From contig OZ076417.1 of the NCBI GenBank assembly GCA_964187785.1, positions 43,896,001 through 43,960,000 on the forward strand: a stretch of DNA of 64,000 bases, in the 5' to 3' direction. Numbering within the stretch: position 1 is the stretch's first letter; every line of letters begins with the position of its first letter. This stretch comes from Amphiscolops sp. MND2022 (lineage: Eukaryota). The notes beneath the pieces were generated by a model. It saw only the letters and a program-made list of their open reading frames with translations, was not told the DNA's origin and ran no database searches. The translations under genes were made by a program, and so were the position numbers. Shown piece after piece: positions 1 through 11,066 of this stretch.

Positions 1-453
1 GAGTGTTCAACTATTTTTCTTGCTGTTTAGGTTCTGTTTGTGTACTGGGATAGTAGCTGGCATTAGTAGTGGTACTGAATATATATCGTTTGTTTCGTTT
101 CCTTTTGGTTGCAGACCATATGTGTGTGTGTCATCTAGGGGCGCGAATAACGTCAAGGGAACAAGGATGTCAATTCCAACCCAATTCCAATTCCTGGTGA
201 TTCGATTCCAATTCCTAATTGGCAAAAAAAATCAATTCCAATTCCTGAGAATTAGTCGCCAGGAATGGAAACTGCTGAGTGATAATTGGAAGAGCAATTT
301 AACATTTTTAGATTTTATCTTTGTTTTTTTTAATTCAGCATTTATTTAAGTTAATATTATTTTCACTTGGGCGGCAAAAATACTTGCAGAACCGGCTATC
401 TGCAGAAAACCATTCCAGAAGTGTGTTTTTGAACAAAAAATAAGTCGAAATTT

Positions 454-553
454 TTGTAATGATTAAATCTTTATAATTTCATACCTTTACAAGTGTTTGA
501 GAGATTCTTGTAATGATTAAATCTTAATAATTTCATACCTTTACAAGTGTTTG
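454..553. repeat. 46-bp direct repeat x2 in the LINE 5' UTR
   Basis: TTGTAATGATTAAATCTT(T/A)ATAATTTCATACCTTTACAAGTGTTTG at 454-499 and 508-553, period 54. Confidence 0.9.
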
Positions 554-569
554 TTCGCATGAGACTCTA

Positions 570-1502
570 ATGCGAAAAACGGAGTTACAAATTATGGAAT
601 CCATGAAAAAGGACCTATTAACTATCAAACTCAAGCTTGACAACCCAACAACAACTCAGCCTCTCGAGAACTATGCGGATAAAGTAAAAACTAATCGAAA
701 CGAAACTCAAACGAAATGTACAACTGACATCAGAAGTGGAACAAGACAAAATCGTGATCCTCGCAACATATTGCTCATCAAGACAAATCAGAAATTCCGG
801 GATAGTATCGAAATCAAAAGAGCGTTCGCTTCCATTTATCCAAACAAAAAATTACTATACGCTTTTATTACAGCACGTGGTAGTATACATCTAGAGTTTA
901 CAACACCAGAGGAGGCTGACTGTGTTTTGCAGGGTTGGAGGGCTGAATTTTTTGGCGGTGACTCGTCAGCTCGGAGAGCTAGTGACAGGAATGAACAGCA
1001 CAGCGCAATAATACGGGGAGTTCCATAAGAAGTGTCCGACTCGGACTTGACTTCAGCTCTTACGGAAAATTTTCCAGGTGTCAGAATCAGACGCTTTGTC
1101 AAAAGCGATGGAAAAACACTGCAAACTGTCAAGCTGACATTTCCCTCAAAAGCCCAGTTTGACAAGGCAACAACCGACGGGATTTTCATTGACCATTTGT
1201 ACTATCAACCAGTCGAATTCATACAGCAAGGAATACGAATAATCCGTTGCTACCGATGTCAGAAGTTCGGACACGTCAGTTCCAATTGCCATTCGAAAGT
1301 CTCATGCAAACATTGTTCCGGCGAGCACTCTATCGACAACTGCAGCGGTAATCAGCCTGTCAGGTGTACCAATTGCAGCGGAAGCCACGAAGCTGATTCT
1401 CTTGACTGCCCAACTTATATTAAACAGGTGCAAAGAGTTCATGAGGCACGAGGTATACAAGCGCCGACTTTGAGAAACCCTGTATCAAAAAATGATGGCT
1501 AA
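570..1502 (+). pseudogene. LINE ORF1 (gag-like, 3 CCHC zinc knuckles) with premature stop
   Basis: ORFs 570-1028 and 1032-1502 are in the same frame, separated by a single TAA; C-terminal knuckle array. Confidence 0.88.
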
Positions 1503-3552
1503 CCCTGGTTTCACCTTCTTGCAGATAAATATATGCGGCCTGAGTGATCATAGTAAAATAGCTGATAAACCAAAGCTGATATCGTTTTTCCTAATGAAAC
1601 CAAGACACAAATTAGCGCAAATCTATTCGACAATTACACAACAATCAGTTCTATGGGTGGAAATTCTGGGGGCGTCGCAGTTTTATTGAAACATCACATC
1701 CCTTACTCAAGACTTAATCAACTCGAAGACACCTCTGTTGATAATGTTGTTTTGACTGTTGGGCTGAGCGGAATTAAGTTAATTGTGTCTACTGCATATG
1801 TCAGACCCGATGACTTCGAAGGATTCAGAAGTGCAATAAAAGTTATACAGAGTTGCAAAACGTATGTTGACAAAAATTGCCTGAATGGAGCTCTTTTCTT
1901 TGGTGATCTCAATGCAAGACATACCTATTGGGGAGACAAATCGTGTAACTTGTTAGGTGAGGAACTAGTTCAAATAGCTGACCACTTCAGCATTCTCAAT
2001 GATGGTGAGCCTACGTTTCTGGCAGCAAATGGCTACAGTGTTATCGATCTCTGCATTTGTTATGGGCCTCTGTTTGATAGATGTAAACACTCTCTGTCTA
2101 CGGATGATTTTGCTGAGCTGTTCATCGGTGCTCCACAGAGGGGTCATGTCCCTGTTATTATGAGATTGGAGCGTAGTAGCACCACTGAAAAATTGAAAAA
2201 TCCAAGAAATTATGGATTGAAAAAGCTGATTGGGTGGGTTGGACTTCTTTCGTTGAGGGCCGAATAGATGATCTCATGGTTGTTGGGGACGACCCTGTTT
2301 TTCTTTGGAACGAGTTCAAGAATCTGCTGCACGAAGCTTCCCTTAGTCATATACCCCTCAAATGTGTTTCAGATCATAGTAAACCGTTTTGGAACTCTGA
2401 CTTAACAGACGCAAGCAATGAACTCCGATTTTTACGCAAAAAGTTCAAGTACAAATCAAATTTTGAAAATGGACAAAAGCTAAAGGCAGCGAAGGAACGT
2501 TTCAAAATTCTACTCAACAAAAGTGTAACTGAATGGATGGAAAACTACCTGTCATCGCTTGGGCATAAAAGAGGAAGAGAATTTTGGACTTCTTACAAGG
2601 CCTTACTCAACACTAAACATGAAGAAGTGGGTCTAATACGCAGTAAGGAAGGGAGACTCTTATATGCTCCAGAGGAATTTAGCAAAGAATTTGAAACCAC
2701 TTTCTTCGGAGGAGAACATCTGAAAAAGCAAATTTTCAACGATGCAACACAACTACAAGTAGAAGCCAAAATAAATCGACCACATGATGGTCCTGAACAT
2801 GATATTGAAGTATTTCATGATGAAATTACTTTCGATGAATTGAAGAATGCAATTTTGAAATCAAGTAACACTAAATCTTTCGATATTGATGGTCTTCGTT
2901 TGACAATGATAGAGAAATCGGGAACTAAAGCACTCTTTTTTCTGCTGAATATTTTCAATGCTTGCTGGGAATATCATGTGTGGCCATGGACGGACTCACG
3001 AGTCGTATTCATACGCAAGCCAAACAAAGAGAGATATGATGAATGCTCTTCATATCGACCACTCTCAATCTCCAGTCATATCGGCAAAACGTTGGAAAGA
3101 ATACTTGCAACCAGAATCAAATCGTATCTCGATGTGAATGGACTGCTTGGTGACGAACAGGAGGGTTTCAGATCGAAAAGAAACACCACTCGATCGCTCT
3201 ACAGACTACATCTCATGCTGGAAAATGCCAAACGTTCACGTTTACCGACGGCTCTGCTTAACATTGACCTCGAAAAGGCTTTCGATAGCGTGTGGGTGGA
3301 CGGCCTTCTCTTTAAACTGTTGGAACACAATATTTCTGGCAAAATGTATCAGATATTAAAATCGTTCTTAAAAACCAGAGTCGCTTCAATTGAACTGAAC
3401 GGATACAAATCGCCGAAGTTCCAGATTGACATTGGCGTTCCACAGGGAAGTGTGTTGTCACCATTACTCTTCATCATCTTCCTAAACGACTTCCTCAGTA
3501 ATCAAACTCAAAAATTCAATTTTTGTACTATGACCATTTGTACTATGGATAG

Positions 3553-6138
3553 TGACCATTTGTACTATCAACCAGTCGAATTCATACAGCAAGGAATACG
3601 AATAATCCGTTGCTACCGATGTCAGAAGTTCGGACACGTCAGTTCCAATTGCCATTCGAAAGTCTCATGCAAACATTGTTCCGGCGAGCACTCTATCGAC
3701 AACTGCAGCGGTAATCAGCCTGTCAGGTGTACCAATTGCAGCGGAAGCCACGAAGCTGATTCTCTTGACTGCCCAACTTATATTAAACAGGTGCAAAGAG
3801 TTCATGAGGCACGAGGTATACAAGCGCCGACTTTGAGAAACCCTGTATCAAAAAATGATGGCTAACCCTGGTTTCACCTTCTTGCAGATAAATATATGCG
3901 GCCTGAGTGATCATAGTAAAATAGCTGATAAACGAAAGCTGATATCGTTTTTCCTAATGAAACCAAGACACAAATTAGCGCAAATCTATTCGACAATTAC
4001 ACAATAATCAGTTCTATGGGTGGAAATTCTGGGGGCGTCGCAGTTTTATTGAAACATCACATCCCTTACTCAAGACTTAATCAACTCGAAGACACCTCTG
4101 TTGATAATGTTGTTTTGACTGTTGGGCTGAGCGGAATTAAGTTAATTGTGTCTACTGCATATGTCAGACCCGATGACTTCGAAGGATTCAGAAGTGCAAG
4201 AAAAGTTATACAGAGTTGCAAAACGTATGTTGACAAAAATTGCCTGAATGGAGCTCTTTTCTTTGGTGATCTCAATGCAAGACATACCTATTGGGGAGAC
4301 AAATCGTGTAACTTGTTAGGTGAGGAACTAGTTCAAATAGCTGACCACTTCAGCATTCTCAATGATGGTGAGCCTACGTTTCTGGCAGCAAATGGCTACA
4401 GTGTTATCGATCTCTGCATTTGTTATGGGCCTCTGTTTGATAGATGTAAACACTCTCTGTCTACGGATGATTTTGCTGAGCTGTTCACCGGTGCTCCACA
4501 GAGGGGTCATGTCCCTGTTATTATGAGATTGGAGCGTAGTAGCACCACTGAAAAATTGAAAAATCCAAGAAATTATGGATTGAAAAAGCTGATTGGGTGG
4601 GTTGGACTTCTTTCGTTGAGGGCCGAATAGATGATCTCATGGTTGTTGGGGACGACCCTGTTTTTCTTTGGAACGAGTTCAAGAATCTGCTGCACGAAGC
4701 TTCCCTTAGTCATATACCCCTCAAATGTGTTTCAGATCATAGTAAACCGTTTTGGAACTCTGACTTAACAGACGCAAGCAATGAACTCCGATTTTTACGC
4801 AAAAAGTTCAAGTACAAATCAAATTTTGAAAATGGACAAAAGCTAAAGGCAGCGAAGGAACGTTTCAAAATTCTACTCAACAAAAGTGTAACTGAATGGA
4901 TGGAAAACTACCTGTCATCGCTTGGGCATAAAAGAGGAAGAGAATTTTGGACTTCTTACAAGGCCTTACTCAACACTAAACATGAAGAAGTGGGTCTAAT
5001 ACGCAGTAAGGAAGGGAGACTCTTATATGCTCCAGAGGAAATTAGCAAAGAATTTGAAACCACTTTCTTCGGAGGAGAACATCTGAAAAAGCAAATTTTC
5101 AACGATGCAACACAACTACAAGTAGAAGCCAAAATAAATCAACCACATGATGGTCCTGAACATGATATTGAAGTATTTCATGATGAAATTACTTTCGATG
5201 AATTGAAGAATGCAATTTTGAAATCAAGTAACACTAAATCTTTCGATATTGATGGTCTTCGTTTGACAATGATAGAGAAATCGGGAACTAAAGCACTCTT
5301 TTTTCTGCTGAATATTTTCAATGCTTGCTGGGAATATCATGTGTGGCCATGGACGGACTCACGAGTCGTATTCATACGCAAGCCAAACAAAGAGAGATAT
5401 GATGATTGCTCTTCATATCGACCACTCTCAATCTCCAGTCATATCGGCAAAACGTTGGAAAGAATACTTGCAACCAGAATCAAATCGTATCTCGATGTGA
5501 ATGGACTGCTTGGTGACGAACAGGAGGGTTTCAGATCGAAAAGAAACACCACTCGATCGCTCTACAGACTACATCTCATGCTGGAAAATGCCAAACGTTC
5601 ACGTTTACCGACGGCTCTGCTTAACATTGACCTCGAAAAGGCTTTCGATAGCGTGTGGGTGGACGGCCTTCTCTTTAAACTGTTGGAACACAATATTTCT
5701 GGCAAAATGTATCAGATAATAAAATCGTTCTTAAAAACCAGAGTCGCTTCAATTGAACTGAACGGATACAAATCGCCGAAGTTCCAGATTGACATTGGCG
5801 TTCCACAGGGAAGTGTGTTGTCACCATTACTCTTCATCATCTTCCTAAACGACTTCCTCAGTAATCAAACTCAAAAATTCAAGTTTGCAGACGATAGTTC
5901 TCTCATTGCGACTGGCAAGGATCCGTCAGAATTATCTGGCATCCTTCGAAAAACTTGTTCTGACATTGAGAAGTGGTGTGCAGATTGGAGGATGTTAGTG
6001 AACGGAGGAAAAATTGAATTAATCCTTTTCAATTGCGAAGAGAATGACTTCGAACTCCCGTGCCTCAATGGTGATATATGTCAAGTTAAAAAACAACAAA
6101 GTCTCTCGGAGTAATTATCGATAGCAAGCTCAACTACC
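3553..6138 (+). mobile_element. Tandem duplicate (copy B) of the LINE segment from 1190 onward; RT here continues through FADD up to the gap
   Basis: Constant offset of 2363 bp (1653 vs 4016, 2234 vs 4597). Same frameshifts as copy A. ORF 4597-6114 contains QGSVLSPLLF and KFADDS. Confidence 0.92.
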
Positions 6139-6338
6139 NNNNNNNNNNNNNNNNNNNNNNNNNNNNNNNNNNNNNNNNNNNNNNNNNNNNNNNNNNNNNN
6201 NNNNNNNNNNNNNNNNNNNNNNNNNNNNNNNNNNNNNNNNNNNNNNNNNNNNNNNNNNNNNNNNNNNNNNNNNNNNNNNNNNNNNNNNNNNNNNNNNNNN
6301 NNNNNNNNNNNNNNNNNNNNNNNNNNNNNNNNNNNNNN
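6139..6338. other. Assembly gap (200 N)
   Basis: Run of exactly 200 N. Confidence 1.
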
Positions 6339-6858
6339 TTCTTTGAGAAGAGTCAATTCCAAGTCCTAATCGAAGACCGTACCCAATTCCTTAGAAGCCT
6401 TCCAATTCTTTGCTAGGAAATGATATCCCTGCTAGGGAATAACATTTGAGAGTGTTTCGGGAATAACGTCCAAAATTCGATCTATTAACATTGGAAATGA
6501 GCACGACTTGGCTGTAGACGTTATTCCTGACAGCTTAAAAACTGAGGGTCCTCTCAGTCTTGTTTCTTTACTTGGATTCGTTAAAATGAATAAATCCTAA
6601 CTTAACTTTATCCAACTCTCAATGCTCTCTTTGTACTATTTAAACGTTGAACACCCTCCCGCAAATTGGGGATATTAGAAAAAATATTTATATCACTTGG
6701 AGAGTCCCCTTTGGTGCTAATAAAGCAGTGCCTGGTACTCTATCTATACACACCAAAGAAATCGAATATTCTTGTCAGTCATCTGATCGTCTATGATAGC
6801 AGTTGTTACAGAAATTTCGTCCTGTTCATTTGCTGATTTTAAATTTTCAGAGATCAGA

Positions 6859-6918
6859 ATGAGTACACCAATGCAAACTGCAACTCGGAGGTCCATTTCT
6901 CGACGAGAGAAATCAGAG
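6859..6918 (+). CDS. Lam: Lamin exon 1 ([20 protein letters not shown])
   Basis: The only good ATG...phase-0 donor (GAG|GTTTGT) found upstream of exon 2. Exon 2 has an in-frame TAG just upstream and no Met. The S/T/R-rich composition fits a lamin head. Confidence 0.7.
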
Positions 6919-9900
6919 GTTTGTTGATGACAGCGCCACATTTTTAAGTCAGTCAGCAACGATCAAAATTTGAGTTTACATCAAATTGGTAGTTAGTGGT
7001 ATATCTCCATTCATGATCGTCATTAGTATATTATTTTCTGTATCCGAGTCCTCTCAATATCTACCACAGAAATAAAATTTCTGAATGTTTAGTTTACTGT
7101 TAATAATTGCATTTGAGAGTGATTTACTAATGTCTCGCAAAATAATCTAACAATTGAAAGTTCTGACAGTCAATCGGTGAGTTCCACTACTCGATGTCCC
7201 TACCAGTGACTCCGCAAAATACAAGGCCGAATTATTCCCATCTCGAATTGATAACGTTTTCTGGGCTCAAAGAAAAAGGTGATTTATACTGAGAATAAAT
7301 AATGACAACTGGTTTTGTTTAACAAAAATGATTTGAGAATAGCTTTTCATTGTTGTTAGAAAATAGCTCGGTTTGAAAGTATAAAACATTTTTTTACAGC
7401 AGTAAAATAGTACTTGGTAGTATCTGAACAGTTCTAGGTAGTCTTGCTGGCATTTGCTGGAACTTTATAAACCATGAGGGGTCAAAATCAATCAGTTAGC
7501 ATTGCAGCTTTGAAAAATTCTTTTGGAGACTTGAGTGTAGACGATAAGAAAATTGCGGAACACTTCAACCTCATCTCAAATCTAGGTCAATATTTTGGTA
7601 GAGAGTATGAGGGTGCTCCTATATATAAGGCTGGTGATGAGTCGTTCAGGTTTTGCCCAATAACAATAAAAAGATTATGATATTCTGAAACAAATACATC
7701 CTCACAGACCAACTGGCCCTTGCAAAGTACCTCCTTGGGCAATTCTTGACGGTCAACAAATCTTAGTCCCTCATCTGACATTCGTTTTGAATGAATGCAT
7801 TAAGGACGATGTGTTCCCCTCAATGCTAAAAAGGGCAGTGATAACCCCAATTTTCAGAAAAGATGACATCTTGGACCTATTAAATTATCGCTCCATTTCT
7901 ATCACTACTCCCTTCTCTAAAATCCTCGAGAAATGTTTGCACAAACAAATAACTGCTTACGCAGAGAATCGTGGAATACTCACACCACTTCAATTAGGTT
8001 TTCGATCGAAAGTTTCTGCGCAAGATGCTATTTTGTATTTTATTGAAACAATCCAACACGAGATCGAAATTGGAAATATTGTACATGCTGTCCTACTTGA
8101 TCTATCAGAGGCATTTGACTCACTTTCACACCCAATTCTCAAGAACTTCAGCCGTTACATTTAGTCATAAAGTCTATTTTCCTCATCGTGAATAGTTCCT
8201 GACTTCTGAGTTATCTTTTGGTTCGCTTCTGTTGTAGAAGAACTGAAGTTTCAGATGTTAATTCAGTACTTAGTTTGAGGCACCCGGTGTTGGTGGGTGG
8301 ACTTGATCAAGTGAGAAAGCGATTAAAACAACAATTAGGTCTATACGAATATAAACAAAGGTGTGAAAGTTTAATGATTCAAAGTTCAAATTATGATGCA
8401 ACAACGGAAAATTTTTCTTTTAAATGTCAGGAATATGACACTTCCACTCTTTGAAAAACTTCCCCTCTGGTTGAGATGATTTCCTCAACGGATTCTTTTC
8501 TCCGATCATCCCACAAGCAATATGTGGCTTGCTGCTACTGAAACCATACCATCTGTGGGTTTCCCAGGCCCAAGATCTTTCAACAGAATTGTGGTGTAGC
8601 TGGGTGCCGTCAAAAAGAACCAATCAAGAAACCCTTCTCTTCCAGTCTCTCCAATTGGAACTGCCTTGCTCATTCTTGATCTGTCAGTCCTTCCATCAGC
8701 CGAAATGTAAGGGTCCTGCTACAGCCCCTTGGTACCTCCAAAAATTCGATCTTTCGTTTTGTTTTCTGATAATTTCATTATTGTTCTTCGAAGAGGACCG
8801 TAATCAGTTCGTGATGACTGCCTGCAGTCCACAATATTTCGGAGGGTTAGACCATCAGTTCAATACAAGCGGGAGTTCCAAAAAAATTAATTATCCAGTT
8901 TCATCAGATGCGGAGTTCTTCTGCTCATTGGCACCACTCCTGGTCACCAAGTCATAAAGTCTATTTTCCTCATCGTGAATAGTTCCTGACTTCTGAGTTA
9001 TCTTTTGGTTCGCTTCTGTTGTAGAAGAACTGAAGTTTCAGATTTTAATTCAGTACTTAGTTTGAGGCACCCGGTGTTGGTGGGTGGACTTGATCAAGTG
9101 AGAAAGCGATTAAAACAACAATTAGGTCATTACGAATATAAACAAAGGTGTGAAAGTTTAATGATTCAAAGTTCAAATTATTATGCAACAACGGAAAATT
9201 TTTCTTTTAAATGTCAGGAATATGACGCATTTTTCGCCTTCAGAGATACAAATCGTGGAAAGTTTGCAACAAGTGTCTGTAAGTGGTGTTCAATCTGAAT
9301 GGATTGAATTGAAACAAGGAGTTCCCCGAGGAACAATCGTAGGGCCGTTATTTTTCAACTTGTATGTGAATGATCTTCCAGAACTCACTCATGAGCGAAA
9401 CTGCTCATATATTACAGTATGCTGACGATTGTAGTGTCTTTTGTAGTGATAAAAAATCCGAGACTGCTCTTGAAGTATTGCAAGACAATTTATATAAGTT
9501 GGAAGAATACTTTTGTCTCAATAAACTGAATTTGATGCAAATAAAACAGAATTCATCACCTTCTCCCTCAAAAATGATAAACGCCTCAACGACTTGGAGA
9601 CAGTTATTGGAAGCTCCACCATAGTGAAGACGTCAGACCATTTCAAATACTTAGGTGTAACCAAACACTATTCCAAACACAAGTTGAAAAGGTGCTAAAA
9701 AAGATATGGCTGTCGGTATAAAAACTGAAACCGTGCAGCACAGGTTCCCAACACAAGTACTTCTTATGCTTCTCCACGCACTTGTGATGAGACACCTGGA
9801 CTATTCTCTTGTTTTTCTTCAAAATTAGTTCTTCTTTACTGCTCTCACTAGAAAAACAGATGAATTGGGCTTTGAAGAGCGTCTTTTTTTGGTTCAAACA

Positions 9901-11004
9901 TCAAGTCATCTTTTGAAATGAGAAAAACATGGGTATAATCAGTATACGTCACTTGATTATGTTCAAATCTCCGATTTACTTCTTTCAGTACAATAATAAT
10001 CAGAAAAAAGCTTTTCAAATCAGTTGAAATTACCTACGTCATCATATCGATGGAATTCCCGTACCAATCAAGTTATCTATATGGGTAATTTTCATCTGTT
10101 TCAACTTCTTACTCATCGTTTTTCATTATACTTCACCGAAGTGGAACTCACTACCGCTGCATATGCGAGATCCAAGTGTGAGCCTACATGTATTCAAAAG
10201 TCGATTAAAAATTCATCTGGAAAAAGTCAAATGCAGTTCCTATCCAAATAGCTAGTACATGGCATGATTTCCGCCTCAAATAAACCTGTGTCTTTCTTTC
10301 TCAAAATTGTTGGTGAAATTCGAGAAAACTACTTATGTGCTTGCATAAGTCATTTGCACTTTTTGTATGGTAAGCTGTCAGCTATCCCTTTTACAATAAT
10401 ATCTCTCTCTCTCTCTCTCTCTCTTGGTCAAAGTCATCTAGGCATTGCTCAGATTTGGCATTGAAATGAAACGGTCTTCAGGAAACTGTATTGCTATGGG
10501 TCTGCTCTTCTTTTTAGCAGAACCTCGGACCTGGAGTTGGGCCCACACCTTCGTCGACGACTTCGAATAGGAGCAAGTCTCCCCTTAGTCCGGCACGTGA
10601 GATTCGACTGCGCGAGAAAGAGGAAATTGCTGGGTTGAACTCTCGATTAGCCCAATACATTGATGTTGTTCGCCGCTTGGAAACTGAAAATGAAACTCTT
10701 CGGGTAAGCTTTGGAACATCGCTATATTAGACGCTGAAAGTTTTCAACCAGGCAATTTTTGTTTTGTTTTTCGTAGGTACGCATTTCGAGAAGTGAAGAG
10801 ACGACTACTCAGGAGCGTAGCCACGTGCGTGAGATGTACGAGACTGAGTTGCAGACTTTGCGGGATGAGAATGCTGCAATGATGGCCGAAAGAGCCAGTG
10901 TGGAGGCAGAAAAGGACAAGCTCAAAATGCAGAATACTGATTTAATCCCCAGGTTTGTACATCACTTTGCGGAAGCCTCTCTCCCTCCCTCCCTCCCTCC
11001 CTCC

Positions 11005-11066
<62 letters not shown>

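Larger units (their letters stand above)
364..3519 (+). mobile_element. Non-LTR retrotransposon (I-group/Nimb/Jockey-like), copy A, decayed and 3'-truncated by the duplication junction
   Basis: ORF1 570-1502 has one in-frame TAA (1026-1028) and three zinc knuckles (CYRCQKFGHVSSNC, CKHCSGEHSIDNC, CTNCSGSHEADSLDC). ORF2 starts at 1492 with an APE domain (FLQINICGL, GDLNARH, SVIDL) in frameshifted pieces (1492-, 1653-2267), then RT (YRPLSISS, QEGFR, DLEKAFDSV, GVPQGSVLSPLLF). The 5' end at about 364 is approximate. Confidence 0.9.
162..6431. mobile_element. hAT-type non-autonomous element (MITE) interrupted by the LINE insertion and the assembly gap
   Basis: Left TIR CAAGGATGTCAATTCC (162-177) and right TIR GGAAATGATATCCCTG (6416-6431) match 13/16 as inverted repeats. 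The 8-bp flanks CAAGGGAA (154-161) and CTAGGGAA (6432-6439) match 7/8. Subterminal CAATTCC repeats occur on both sides (171-245, 6354-6410). An 8-bp TSD with a CAGGG-type end is typical of hAT. Confidence 0.7.

Noticed and set aside
1190-5881. LINE duplication as a pure assembly artefact
   Set aside because: The junction has a structured templated filler and the copies carry scattered substitutions. It is not fully excluded without reads.
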